The notes under the pieces were generated by a model that searched no databases, had not been told where the DNA came from, and worked only from the letters and a program-made list of their open reading frames with translations. Source: Macrostomum lignano (Eukaryota). Taken from it: a DNA stretch of 64,000 nt. A program made the translations under genes and the position numbers. Location of the stretch: positions 3,788 through 67,787 of the forward strand of contig NIVC01003955.1 in the NCBI GenBank assembly GCA_002269645.1, in the 5' to 3' direction. Shown here piece by piece: positions 1-12,402 of this stretch. The stretch's first letter is position 1, and the number at the start of each line of letters is the position of its first letter.

Positions 1-500
1 CTAACAATATAAAAGGGGTAGGATAATAGAGTAAGCTTAAAGATTTGATCAGTTCGCAGTTTCATATTCATCATTTTCGCAGTTCTTTCTGTTAAACCGA
101 TGAATTCTATCCATTTCTCAATTCCAACACCTGAAATCGACGAATCGTTTCGAGCTCTGTTTCGAGACTTGTTTGCACTATACTACTGGCGATAAGAACA
201 TTGTAAGTAGTGTAGCACTTTTTCCTGTTTCCCTCCTAAACTTTTCGAACTAAACTGCCTTGAAATTTTTTTTTAATTTTTCACTGCTACTGAATTTGCA
301 CTCAGACAACTCAAACAGTTCTCAATTCCCAATTATTAATAAATACTGAATGCACTAGTCTCTCCGTAGCCGCTCGTCTTTTTTCCTGCCAGAGAATTTC
401 TGGAGGTTTTTTTAGACGGGCGAAAAATGTTTGTGAGTTCAGCTGTCTTTCAGTGTCTGTTTTCGGCTCATGCCAAGGCCGCTCGGCTGCAACTCCAGGG
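1..500 (+). repeat. Segmental-duplication module, third copy of the 3' flank of the PAN/Gly-rich genes
   Basis: Aligns by eye to 7900-8300 (same strand) and ~11660-11950 (inverted), e.g. ccgtagccgctcgtc..ggaggttttttagacg..catgccaaggccgctcg. Confidence 0.85.
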
Positions 501-1372
501 CTCATTGGAATTGCATGCCTTGAAACTTGTTAAGTAGAACGCAAAACTTGTAAACGATAGCTTTCCTTACAAGTTAAACGTTTTGCCTTGAAGGCGAATC
601 CTTGGGTTTCCATGTGCTGTGTCTGAGACATCTACCTAGAGCGATTTCCCCGTTCACTACCCTAATCTGGGCGGCGAACGATGGAAGGCTTCTACTGACC
701 CGGCTGAAACGAATCACCAGTGTCATCTATACTGATGGAGCGCCTGGACGATAAGGGCCATACCTTGTCATTTTTTCGGGTGCTCAAGTATATCTTCCAG
801 TCCGTTTTGCATCATCGTCACGTGCTTTTCGCAGCAAGCGAAATCTGCTGCCTTCTGCTCGCTATACACATTTGAGATTGATGTGTGGCTTAAGCGTGCC
901 TACACGCAGGTGTCTACACGCAGAAGATCGTCGTGCTCTGCGTGCGGGACGACATCGAGGCTGCCATTTTGTGCCAAGGCGCAGATGGACAGGCAACGGA
1001 GCTTCCAGTTTGCAGTTGTTTTAACAAGTTTCCATTATCGACAGCGCGAGCCTGAGAACAAATCCTGAGAATCAAGTAGAAGTCAACGCTTAGAATGTTA
1101 ATCAGGCACTTTAAACCCAATGGTGTCAAAGGTGTAATGGAGTAATAATTGAGGATTATGACAGCTACTATTATAACTTTGTTGCAATCAGAGAAAATCT
1201 GTACTCTATACATAAAAAGTCTTTTTACCGGTGTACAAATTTGATCGCTATGGACTCCTAAACCTGTCAACCAAAAAGCAAAAATATATTTGCACCCATC
1301 CTAAACTTACTACGGAAAAGTCTTTGGCTATTTTTTTAATTTCCTAAAGGCAAGTAATTCAAGTCAGTGTTA

Positions 1373-1600
1373 CTACAGTGCCCATCTACTAATTCTCGCC
1401 GAGGTGCCAGCGAGAGTGCTGCAACCATACAGCCGGAGCAGCGGCTGATGTTCAGTGTGGAACTCGAACGTCCGATTCTGAAGGTAGTGCTTTAGGCGAG
1501 ACACAGCGCAAACAATGGCTATGGCTTCTCTTTCAATATTGGAATGATTTTCCTCTGCCTCTGCCCTGCTTTGTCCTGGCACCGAAGTCTTGCAACGAGA
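1373..1600 (-). mobile_element. Degenerate Ty3/Gypsy pol fragment (RNase H region)
   Basis: ORF reads E.NHSNIEREAIAIVCAVSRLKHYLQNRTFEFHTEHQPLLRLYG...SARISRWAL, matching the Gypsy RT-RNase H motif E.NYS..E.EALAI..AV..F..YL.G..F...TDH.PL. Confidence 0.8.
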
Positions 1601-3001
1601 ACTGATTCTGTACCTGAACGCCTTCGCAGTTCATATTATTATGATCATCAACATTTAAAATAATGAGAATGAGCAAATGAGAAACTTTCTGACCGAATTA
1701 TAAATGGGGTAGATCGATTTTTAAATGAATCATACGAGCATAGAGATCTGAGGCAGGTTGAACTGCTTGTAATCTATCAGCGTCTGACGCAACTGACTCG
1801 GCTGTAGTACTGCAAGTTTCCAGTTACTGTTGGAGTACGCTACTCTCATTCTGAATGAGTATCGCTGCAAACCGGATGCAAACTCACAGACCGGTTAAAT
1901 ACCTTCTCAAACCAAGCAAACAACCAGAAATAATTGGAGTTGGAGTCGCTTCTGCAGAAAATGCTGCGGCTCTGGGTGATGTGTCAATGGTATTTCTTTT
2001 GTGCCAGCAATTACCACAACGCATCTTTATGCGACTCGGGGGATTAAGCTTCAAATTCTGCGCCAAATCCTGAAAATATAGTTTCGTAGCTTTCGGAAAC
2101 TCAAGTCGGTATTATTTTGCTATTATTGACTGGAATTTTAGGGCTGGTCTACCGATATTTCATTGCCCCTCTTCTCATTGACGCAAGAATCACATCGCGA
2201 GGGGGACGGGTGAGTTTAACAGAAGGAGCAGGAACAAAGGAATATGTGCACAAAAAATAAATGCTGATTCTATTATTAAAACTGGCGTATGGTTTTTGCG
2301 TCCTATCCACCGTGTCCGGGCGTCAATGGAGTAAGACAAGTAAGCCCAAAAGCCCAAAAACCTAAATCTCGGAGCTTATATGAAAAAAATCAATATCATA
2401 CTGCTGCGGTACACCATCGAATTAAAAAAAAGCAAGACACTTGTGTTACGCCGGTCCCTTTACTTCCGTCTCCACAGAAAGACAGCGCGAGACGGGCTCT
2501 AGCAATTTTTTCGGCAGCTTCCGCAACTACCAAACCCCTTATGCTGCCGTTTGTGAAACAATGCGGAGGTCCAAAGCTTGGATGCAAAAAATGATATCAA
2601 TTTTCTCAGAGCAGGAGCCCATTTTTATTTGTTTTTTCTTCAGTTTTTTTTTCACAACAGCCAGGCCGGAAGCCAACGTGGAAGCCCTCAGCACCAAGAT
2701 TATGGATAGTGGCGTAGCTCACGCTGTCCGCGTGTGCTGATGATGCGCTCACCGCACCACTGACATTTTAAAATTTGATCAGCATTGTTCTGTTTGACGT
2801 TTCCTACCCCTGGCTATTCAATTCAACCTCACAGTTTTATTCAACCATGCTGAATGCCGTTTCCACATCAATATACTGACACTATTTAATACGAATTGTC
2901 TCAGTTCGTTTCAATTGTTTAATCAATCATTGCAGAATAAACCTGATGATGCACCTTAGTGTGCGAAACGCGTCGAAAATTGTAAACAAATTTGATACTT
3001 T

Positions 3002-3014
3002 GAGGGAGAGAGAA

Positions 3015-3101
<87 letters not shown>

Positions 3102-3104
3102 GAG
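3002..3104. repeat. (GA)n microsatellite
   Basis: About 50 GA dinucleotides. Confidence 0.99.
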
Positions 3105-3243
3105 TAATTGCCACACCGCTTTCTGTGTAATGCAACGACAACTCTCCTGCAATTATGATTATTATTTAAGAAGCTCCTGCAGAGCAGCACCCAAAAGCCA
3201 TCGATAGACAAAGCTCCTGAGCCATGAGGACAGCTCAAGTCTG

Positions 3244-3382
3244 GGATTGGCTGCGAACACGCCTCTGCTCAGACTTACTTCCACATCTACTTGATTTAGT
3301 CTCTAGCAAGCGTCTTCTCACAAGCAGCTCTCAAAAACAAATAGCACCAACCCCACTCTGCTTCCCGCCTGCGAGTATATAA
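3244..3382 (+). promoter_or_regulatory. Putative promoter of PAN/Gly-rich gene A (reverse CCAAT box and TATA box)
   Basis: ggattggctgcga at 3244-3256 is conserved upstream of paralog B (13974-13986, minus); TATATAA at 3376-3382, ~115 nt before the ATG. Confidence 0.55.
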
Positions 3383-3495
3383 GCAACGGATATATGAGTA
3401 ATTGATTCGCGACTTTAGTAGTCAAAATTAGCTACCTCTCAAGCCTTCTGCTCAAGAAGAATCGCAAGAAATCGAATGCCGACAATCAAGAGAGC

Positions 3496-6400
3496 ATGAC
3501 TGATAAAATTTTGTCTTTACAATTACTTTTCTTATTCGGTAAGTGACTCCCTTCCTGACTCAAAACCGCTGCTCACAGTTTTTCAATGCATGCTGTTCAT
3601 TACTGACCGCTCATTGCCCCAACGCAGTTTGCTGCTCTCTCGTGCTTCGAGTACAAGGCACCACCAGTTTGCGGACCTATTCTGTGTGCTCAGAGCAGCA
3701 GCTTCACATGCTGGAAGCCGTTCTGAAGGCCTACAACAACGTCACGACAACAACCAAGGCCACTGATGCAACCGACTGTCTGGCAAAGTGCCAGAGGGTA
3801 AGCTGCAGCGCTGCCGTCTCGGTGGAGAGCAATGCCACGTGCGAGATGGTCACCATAACAACCGCCAAGCTGTCAATCTCACCAAATCAGGTGCAGCAAG
3901 TCATCGGATCTCAGGTCGGTGCGAAGGTGTGGAAGGCGGACGACAGCGACTGGCCTTCGCCTGCAGTGCATCTTCGGAGTGAGTCAGCAATTCATAGTCG
4001 TGGGTGGTTTTAAATCTAGAGAAGATACAAGAGCAGCAATGGCACGTAAAAGCAAAAGTTCGAAATCAAAGTGTAGTTGGCAAAACCAATTAAATTGGTG
4101 ATGCAAAAAAGAACTTTAGAGAAAAAACATTGAGCTGTCGCAGGCAGCCAAAACCGCTGAGTAGACGGAGCAAGACGCAAATATAAGGGCGACGGCGCCC
4201 AACCCCACCGGGTCACCACCCCATGCACGCAGAGCCGAGTAACGCCCTCCCCCCCTCTACAGCGCGGGCAGAGAGAGAAAGGACGCACGCAAGGCGACAT
4301 AGGCAGGGCAGAGTAGTGTTGCCTAAAACTGGTTAGTAACAAGTCAGAAGCAGTCACAGACCAACGCATTAAACCTAAAGAAGATCAACAGCAGCATTGC
4401 CACGAACGGAGATGCGCGGTAGCAACCTGATTCTAATCAGGTGCTGCCAGTCTCATCTTCCTCTTTGATCTGGAACTCAACCAGCTGTCTTTCTGTCCTC
4501 ACAAAGAGCGGATTCGTAGTTGCTGACTTCGGCGACTGATTGAGCTGGCTTTTTGACGATGAAGAATTCATGACGCAGGCTAGTATATTGAAACTATGGT
4601 GAGACACCGGGTGAAAAATCGACCCAGTGTCTGAATTGGTGGCTTTGCCTGGCGGCTTGGCGGGCGGGTTAGATTTTGTGAGTAGTTTAAGAGTGGTGAT
4701 TAGTTAATCAAAAACTCCCACTTCCAGACCGCAAGTCTGGGAACAGAATTTAGTGATCACTCACTATTGCGGGCTCTTCAGTTGTCAGACAGATCCATAG
4801 AGCTTGTCTTCTCAATGTAGTCTTCCTACGGAGTTTCTTGGATTCTGAAGTCGGCCGAGTATGAGAGCACTTTAGTGAACGTAACACTTCAATCTGTCGA
4901 CGTCAATGTATTCTTCGAAATTAGTAATCAAAATCAGAGATGAGCCCTATTAGCAAAGTAAACCCAGTAACAATAACGAGGTCCTCTGAGAGGGCGTCTT
5001 CTGAGGGAGAATCAGAGTCTTGTGCCCCTATCTGTTACTCTAGGGTACCAAAATCAATCAATCGATAATTGTCTAAGAGTATCGGAATCGGTCCGCAGAT
5101 CTTATCCAATCCCTTAGAAATAGGGAGGCCTCAAAGTCAACAACTCTATAGAAATCAACTGATCAGTACGGCCGGCGGTAACAAAGCTCTCAGTAATCAA
5201 ATAACAAAGACTCCAACAAAGACTTACCGAACGATATCTACTTCTCTCAGAGATGTAGCCTCGTAGTTCTTGGTTGTTCTCAAGTCCTCTTGAGGCTGCT
5301 CCGAGTCTAAGATTCCATCTCGGATTTTTTGCTTGTATTTATAAGCAATTTTTGCGAGATATGAATAATACGAGTAGCATGATTCATCTTTTTCATTATA
5401 AATGATAACATTATCCATTTCTCCATTTAATTAGTAACATGATTAACAGTTTAAGTTTTGCTGTGCGTGTTTGCATTAGTCTACTTACAGTAACATTCTA
5501 TGAATGGATAAACCTCTACATTTGTCAGTAGTTAGGGCGCCATCAGACGTGACTGTATAGAGTATGAGGAAGGAGGCGAGACGGGATAGAATGAAGCAGT
5601 ATGCGAGACAGCAGGCAAAGCTGAAGGCGAGGCAGAGGGTGAGGCAACGTCGATCAGCTTTTTGGGCCCGCGCCTTTGGTGTGCTGATGGACAAAACTCA
5701 CAAATCCGGCAGGCGTAAGAAAAATTGCAAGGCTGCCCCGGACCTCCCTGGTTGCGGTTGAAAAAGGCGCAAATCGTCTGGCCCCATTATATTGTTATTA
5801 GACGTTGCTACTGGAAGACTTCTTGCTGCTTCTTCTTTGAAGGTTCGGCGCTGCCGTCATGTGCTTGATACATGGATTATACGAGTAAGATTGAGGTCTG
5901 GGCTGTCTGAGTCTCTTTGTAGCTCGTACAGTAACAGACATATGTCCTCATCAGATCAAAGGACGATATTCTAATGGTTGTTTGCTGCTATGAGCTGGCG
6001 GATATTTATGTTGAAATTGGGGTAAGCCTTCAAGCGACACACGTCAATACTTCAATCGCTTTCTTTAGAGACGAGCTGGTTGGGGCCTATCAGCTGCAGC
6101 ATTATTCTGGAGTTTGCAGCGATCCAATGCGAGATGAGCCGGCCGCATCTTCGCTGAAAGCAGACCAAAAAGTGTTAAAATCGGGTTAAACTCTACAGCT
6201 GTGGCACTTGCAGCTCGATCCACCATCCAGTTTTCTGAATCTCGCTAATAAGTCTGGGCGATGTTGTCGGGTTGAATATCTCGGATTCTTCCTCGTTCAG
6301 CAGCTGATTTATCGCTGCTCTTCTGTTGTGTCTCCTTCTGCAGCATTTCAAGCCGTTCAATAAGCTCTTGTATACTCGTATTTACCGAAGCCGGCAGGCC

Positions 6401-7698
6401 ATTGTCTCTCAGAGCCGTGAGAACTTGGGCCATTTTTAACCGGTCGATATCAGATATGACGGCAAATCGAAAATTTACAGCTAAAGTTTTGAGCTCATAC
6501 AGACATCCCAAAGCACTGAGTAAACATAGCGAGATGCAAATACAAGACGCCGAGGCTAAAGCCCGCCCCCACCAGGCCACCACTCAAGGCACACAGAGCC
6601 AAGCAGTCCATACAGCGTGGACAAGTGGAAGAGAGAACGCATGCAGGGCGACACTGGCAGGGCCGAAGATTGGGATTCAAAACTGGATAGTCACAGGTTA
6701 GAACCAGTCACAAACCAACGCAACTACGATTCTGGCACAGACAAAAATTGCACTCACTCCAGTTCTGTAACTCGCTGACGCTGCTCCGTTGCAGACAGCA
6801 GCACAGGTAGAAACGGCTCAATCCAAAGCGTCCTCATCAACACGACCGGCTGCTACCTGATCAAAGCTGCCGGCGCCAGAGGTGGCCACAACTTACTGAG
6901 GAGCACATCTGGAGGCCAGGGAGCCCAGGTGAGCGCCAGAGTCAACCTGACAGCCGGCACACAGCTGAGCATCGTTGTGGGTCAGATGGGCGGCTCGACC
7001 TCCTTGGATTTAGAAGGAGGCGGTGGAGGGGGCGGCAGCTTTGTGTACCGGACGGTCGACCAGCTGCTGCTGCTTGCTGCCGGCGGAGGCGGCGGAGCTT
7101 CCTTTAGTAGAAACGGTGAGCTCAGTGGCTGCATTTTGCTAAAAATATGTAAATTATGAACCGAAAAGCCACTGATAAGCAGCTTGCTTGATTATACCGT
7201 AGGACAACAGGGAGAGACTGGGATAAACGGTTCTGACAGTCTTGGTGCCGGCACTACCCTGGCTGGATTCGGCGGCACCAACGGTAATCCGGGCTCCAAC
7301 AGCCCCTCTGGAACCCAAGCCATAGCAACCACGGTGGCTGCGGCGCCGGCTGGCTCGGCAGGGCCGTCAGCCCCAGGAGGAGCTCCTCGGACGGAGAGAG
7401 AGGCGGCAGTCTGGCTGACGGCTGGGTCGGCGGCAGCGCCGGAGATGGCAGCGTCTGCGACGGAGGCTTCGGCGGAGGCGGCGGATGCGGCAGCAGGACC
7501 AGCCCACTTAATGGAACGGCTGGAGGTGGTGGCGGCTTCAGCGGTGGCGGAGCCGGACTGGGCTTCGGCCACAGCGGCGGCGGCGGCGGCTCCTTCTGTA
7601 GTGGCGGCTGCGTGTTCGGCGGCACCTGGACCGGCGACCAGGGCTTCGTGTCCGTCCTGCTGGAGTCGGACTCAGCCACCTGCAACTTGGACACCTGA
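3496..7698 (+). CDS. Secreted PAN/apple + ALK/LTK-like glycine-rich domain protein, copy A (exons 3496-3538, 3628-3978, 6795-7115, 7203-7698; -1 frameshift near 7318)
   Basis: GT-AG phase-1 introns at the same positions as copy B; signal-like N-terminus; CLAKCQRVSC..C PAN pattern; YLIKAAGARGG..LSIVVGQMG..GGGGGGGSFV..LLLAAGGGGG and GGCGAGW..GGFGGGGG motifs; exon total 1211 nt is one base short of a full frame. Confidence 0.85.
4010..6722 (-). mobile_element. Non-autonomous or decayed tyrosine-recombinase retrotransposon (Ngaro/PAT-like, split direct repeats) in intron 2 of gene A
   Basis: Repeat A at 6490-6722 and 4131-4368; repeat B at 4369-4405 and 4010-4046 (A1-ORF-B1-A2-B2 on minus); gag-like ORF from ~6433 (MAQVLTALRDNGLPAS..); Cys/His stretch ICAFFN..PCNFSYACRICEFCPSAH at ~5690-5780; HSFNI (YR HSFRI-like) at 4584-4598; absent from paralog B intron. 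Confidence 0.75.
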
Positions 7699-8346
7699 TG
7701 CCGCAGAAACCGCTTGTTGAAATGGGATTTGGCCAGTCGTGGTTTAACTTGGATGGTCACTGATTAATGCTGCTTATTCTTTTGAACCTTAAGGCTTTTC
7801 TTCTGAGACAAAGAGCTTACGCTTGTAGTGCTAGGGAGGCTGTGATAGCGACCAGTAGACCATTAAAGATAAATAGAATACGCTCGTATTTGTGCCTAGA
7901 GACAATATAGTCTGGGTAGGGTTATAAAGTAGGCATGATGAATCTGATTCGTTCGTGGTTTTACATTAATATTTTCTGAAGTTTTCTCCGTTAATTCAAT
8001 TTTTATCCATCATTTATCAACGTCAAAGATGTTAATTTTAAGATATTTGCGCTATACTGCTGGTGACGGGAACATTGTAGTGTAGCATTTTAGAGTTAAG
8101 TGACTCGAAATCTGACTACTCACTAAGTTCTTATCACTAAATACACTAAATACACTTCTTTGTCCGTAGCCGCTCGTCCTTTTTTCCTACCGGAGAATTG
8201 TCGGAGGTTTTTTTAGACGAGCGGAAAAATGTGTGTTCATCTGTCCTTCAATGTCTGCTTTCGGTGCATGCCAAGGCCGCTCGACTGCAGCTGCCTTCCT
8301 GCTCGCATCTGCGCCCTTCCATACTGCTTGATAAAGCGGGACGGAA

Positions 8347-9274
8347 GGGATGCAGGGAGCTAGGAGGGATGCAGGGAGCTAGGAGGGATGCAGGGAGCTA
8401 GAGGGATACAGGGAGCTAGGAGGGATGCAGGGAGCTAGGAGGGATGCAGGGAGCTAGGAGGGATGCAGGGAGCTAGGAGGGATGCAGGGAGCTAGGAGGG
8501 ATGCAGGGAGCTAGGAGGGATGCAGGGAGCTAGGAGGGATGCAGGGAGCTAGGAGGGCTGCAGGGAGCTAGGAGGGATACAGGGAGCTAGGAGGGATGCA
8601 GGGAGCTAGGAGGGCTGCAGGGAGCTAGGAGGGATACAGGGAGCTAGGAGGGATGCAGGGAGCTAGGAGGGATGCAGGGAGCTAGGAGGGATACAGGGAG
8701 CTAGGAGGGATGCAGCGAGCTAGGAGGGATACAGGGATGCAGGGAGCTAGCAGGGATTCAGGGAGCTAGCAGAGATGCAGGGAGCTAGCAGAGATGCAGG
8801 GAGCTAGCAGAGATGCAGGGAGCTAGCAGAGATGCAGGGAGCTAGCAGGGATTCAGGGAGCTAGCAGAGATGCAGGGAGCTAGCAGAGATGCAGGGAGCT
8901 AGCAGAGATGCAGGGAGCTAGCAGAGATGCAGGGAGCTAGCAGAGATGCAGGGAGCTAGCAGAGATGCAGGGAGCTAGCAGAGATGCAGGGAACTAGCAG
9001 AGATGCAGGGAGCTAGCAGAGATGCAGGGAGCTAGCAGAAATGCAGGGAGCTAGCAGAGATGCAGGGAGCTAGCAGAGATGCAGGGAGCTAGCAGAGATG
9101 CAGGGAGCTAGCAGAGATGCAGGGAGCTAGCAGGGATGCAGGGAGCTAGCAGAGATGCAGGGAGCTATCAGGGATGCAGGGAGCTAGCAGAGATGCAGGG
9201 AGCTAGCAGGGATGCAGGGAGCTAGCAGAGATGCAGGGAGCTAGCAGGGATGCAGGGAGCTGGCAGAGATGCAG
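8347..9274. repeat. 19-bp minisatellite (gggatgcagggagctagga / gagatgcagggagctagca), ~49 copies
   Basis: Direct tandem array with two variant zones. Confidence 0.98.
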
Positions 9275-10186
9275 CGAGGTGCAGCGATGTATGAATCCGC
9301 AAGTCACCGATCAGTCGGAGATGAAGGAGAGACAGATCGTATAATAAAGTTTATGAATCTAATTTTCACTGTTTATGTTACGTGGAAAATGTTTTTTATC
9401 ATGCCTTGAATGAACTTTGACAGTGAAATTGAAACGGCATGCTTGCTACTTTTGTTTTAGTTCTTGCAAGATTCAAATTGAATAAAGTTTTCCTGTATTC
9501 TAACCGAGGTTCAGTTTCTGATTGATGTCCCGTGTGTTCGGGACACTGCGGGTCGGCAACAGTCAACTCTGAGCACATGGTCTGCATCAGTCAGAATCTT
9601 CGAGTACATAGGACTGATGCAGACTGCAGCTTTAACAGGTAATTTGCAATTTAGAATTCATGCTTTCTTGCCACAGCTCACGTAAGTTAGAGACCATCTA
9701 ACTTTATATTAGCTGTATCATCATTAAACTATATCCAAATACTCAAGCACACACTGCTGTTAAGTAGGAACAAGCGAGACATTTAGGCACGACAAAACTC
9801 TTGAGGCCCAAGTTGGCCAAAGTCAGACTATATATATTGTCAAGTGAAGCGGGTTGAAATATTGATTCATGCAATGTACAGTGTCACGTGTACATAGAGC
9901 TAGTGTGCATTTTGAATTAAGAAAGAGTTCTAAAACGCGACACACAACATTGACAACATTGACATTGACATTGACATTGACAACATTGACTCTTCCACAA
10001 CATCGACACACAAAATTGAAGGCTGGATGAAAGATATTGCTGATTAGCTTGAAGGTGACTGGACAGTTTTAAGTTTTCAGATTTAGGAAACTGGAACTCC
10101 TTTCAATGGCGGAATGGAGATTTCTTTGATTATCACATTTACCAACACTTCTATTCGGTAGGTAACTCCAACTCCATGAACATCAT

Positions 10187-10375
10187 TTGTGCCCTTGAGC
10201 AAGACACTTAACTCTGCATTGCTTCACTTCACCCAGCTGTAAAATGGGTCCCAGCATTAGGTGGGGTAATTGAGGGTGCGTAGCGACCCCCGCGCCGCGC
10301 AATAGCTGCGGCTGAGCTGTCGGTTGCACAGCTGGCCAATTAGGGCAGGTGTAATCAATTATCACTATTAATTAT
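10187..10375 (+). mobile_element. 5'-truncated CORE-like SINE
   Basis: cccttgagcaagacacttaac..cacccagctgtaaaatggg and the 3' tail match the fuller copy at 26893-27185; resembles the MIR CORE segment. Confidence 0.8.
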
Positions 10376-10761
10376 TATTACGCTCAGAAAAAATGGGCCT
10401 GAAATCGTAGCACTGTTTCCTGCTGCGAGTATTAACGTAACTGATATGAGTCATTGATTTAGGATTTCACGAGTGAAAATATCCCAGGTAAAATAACAAT
10501 GATGACTTTGACAATATATTAGATTATTTGAGTGGATGATGACTCACTTATAGGAGCCGTGGTAAAAAAGCATGAGCTCTAAGCTACCAAAGTACCTGTT
10601 GAAGCTGCAGACTGCATCAGTCCTATGCGCTTGAAGATTCTAACTGATGTTGACTCATCCCCTGTGCTCAGAGTTGACCGATGCCGACCTGCAGTTTCCT
10701 GAACACACGTGAGGTCTCTCAAATATTGCCGGTTTCAGACAAGCGCCTGCAGGAAAGCAGC

Positions 10762-11345
10762 CAGCATCTGTCACCGATCCCTGCATCTCTGCCACCTCCC
10801 TGCATCTCTGCCACCGCCCTGCATCTCTCTCACCTCCCTGCATCTCCGCCACCTCCCTGCCTCTTTCTCACCTCCCTGCCTCTTTCTCACCTCCCTGCCT
10901 CTTTCTCACCTCCATGCATCTCTGTCACCGCCCTGCATCTCTGTCACCGCCCTGCATCTCTCTCACCTCCCTGCATCTCTGCCTCCGCCCTGCGTCTCTA
11001 TCACCTCCCTGCATCTCTGCCTCCGCCCTGCGTCTCTATCACCTCCCTGCCTCTTTCTCACCTCCATGCATCTCTGTCACCGCCCTGCATCTCTGTCACC
11101 GCCCTGCATCTCTCTCACCTCCCTGCATCTCTGCCTCCGCCCTGCGTCTCTATCACCTTCCTGCATCTCTGCCACCTCCCTGCATCTCTGCTACCTTCCT
11201 GCATCTCTGCCACCTCCTTGCATCTCTGCCACCGCCCTGCATCTCTGCCTCCGCCCTGCGTCTCTATCACCTCCCTGCATCTCTGCCACCACCCTGCATC
11301 TCTGCCTCCGCCCTGCATCTCTGCCTCCCTGCATCTCTACCAACT
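10762..11345. repeat. Degenerate inverted counterpart of the 8347-9274 minisatellite (cctccctgcatctct-based units)
   Basis: Reverse complement of the agagatgcagggag core; flanked by sequence inversely homologous to the flanks of the left array. Confidence 0.9.
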
Positions 11346-12402
11346 TGCCGCATCTCCCAAAAGCATATATTGACCGCTTAAGTAATTTTTTACCTATTGT
11401 TGCTCCGAGAATAAAAACCAAAGCAGATTGCTTCGAGTATTTAATTAGGGTGTATTGAATTAGCAGTCTTTGTCAGCTTAAACACTGACTACAGAAGTTA
11501 AAACGAAATCATTACCACAAATTTCTGAGCCAGAAAGTACATCATGTAAACCCGAGGATTTGTTTTCATGGCAAAATGTTCAACTGCTAGGGAAAGCTAC
11601 AGTTTAAAATTTTCTCGGCCTACTTAACAAGTTTTTAAAAGATTTTCAATTCCCCATCGTAGCCCATGAGCGAGCAAGCATGGTACGGAAGGGTGCGGAT
11701 GCGTGCAGGAAGGCAACTGCAGGGAGCTGCAGTCGAGCGGCCTTGGCATGCACCGAAAGCAGACGCTGAAAGACAGCTGAACTGAGTCTTTTCCGCTCGT
11801 CTAAAAAACCTCCAGAAATTCTCTGGCAGGAAAAAAAGACGGGCGGCTTTGGACAGACGAGTGCATTTAGTGTTTATTAATAATTGGGAATTGTTCGAGT
11901 TGTCTGAGTGCAAAGTCAGTAACAGTGAAAGATTCGAGTATCAGGTAAAAATAGATTATCTCGGTCGGGGTTATTTCAGGAAGAAAACAGCAAAAATTTA
12001 TTTTAGAAAAGTTGACTTATAAGTGTGAAGAAAGTCAGTTGAAAGCATGGCGCTTATATTCCCTAGATAGGCCACGTTGTATGGCGACAGTTATACATAA
12101 GGTAAGTAGTTATAATTAGAGTTTCTCAACTCTGATGTCCTGCCCTTCTTACAATGTTTTCAGCACTAGTATTATAGTTGATGATAATTGAACTGTAATT
12201 GAACTCAGTATTCAACGAATTCAGCTATTAAAGTTTTGAGAAAATAGGTTGACCCTTTTCTTCTGAACTCAATCAAATATATGTGGAGAAAGCTAATCTG
12301 ATTCCTTGTGTCTACTTTTTTAAACCTTACTCTTATGTCCCAGAAGAGTAGCGTCAAGTAGAGACTGGTAAGTCCCTACGTCAACAAGCGGCTGCAATGG
12401 CA

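Noticed and set aside
4131-6722. Conflict between old-looking terminal repeats and insertion after the gene duplication
   Set aside because: Paralog introns are more diverged than A1/A2, so insertion after duplication is consistent
7184-7760. Pro-rich and Ala-rich ORFs overlapping the Gly-rich exons (also 12381-13047)
   Set aside because: Shadow frames of GGC-rich coding sequence; the Gly frame matches the ALK/LTK motif and the paralog
7696-7770. Stop-codon readthrough suggested by similar sequence after TGA in both paralogs
   Set aside because: Similarity lasts only ~25 nt, includes an indel, and is explained by the duplication
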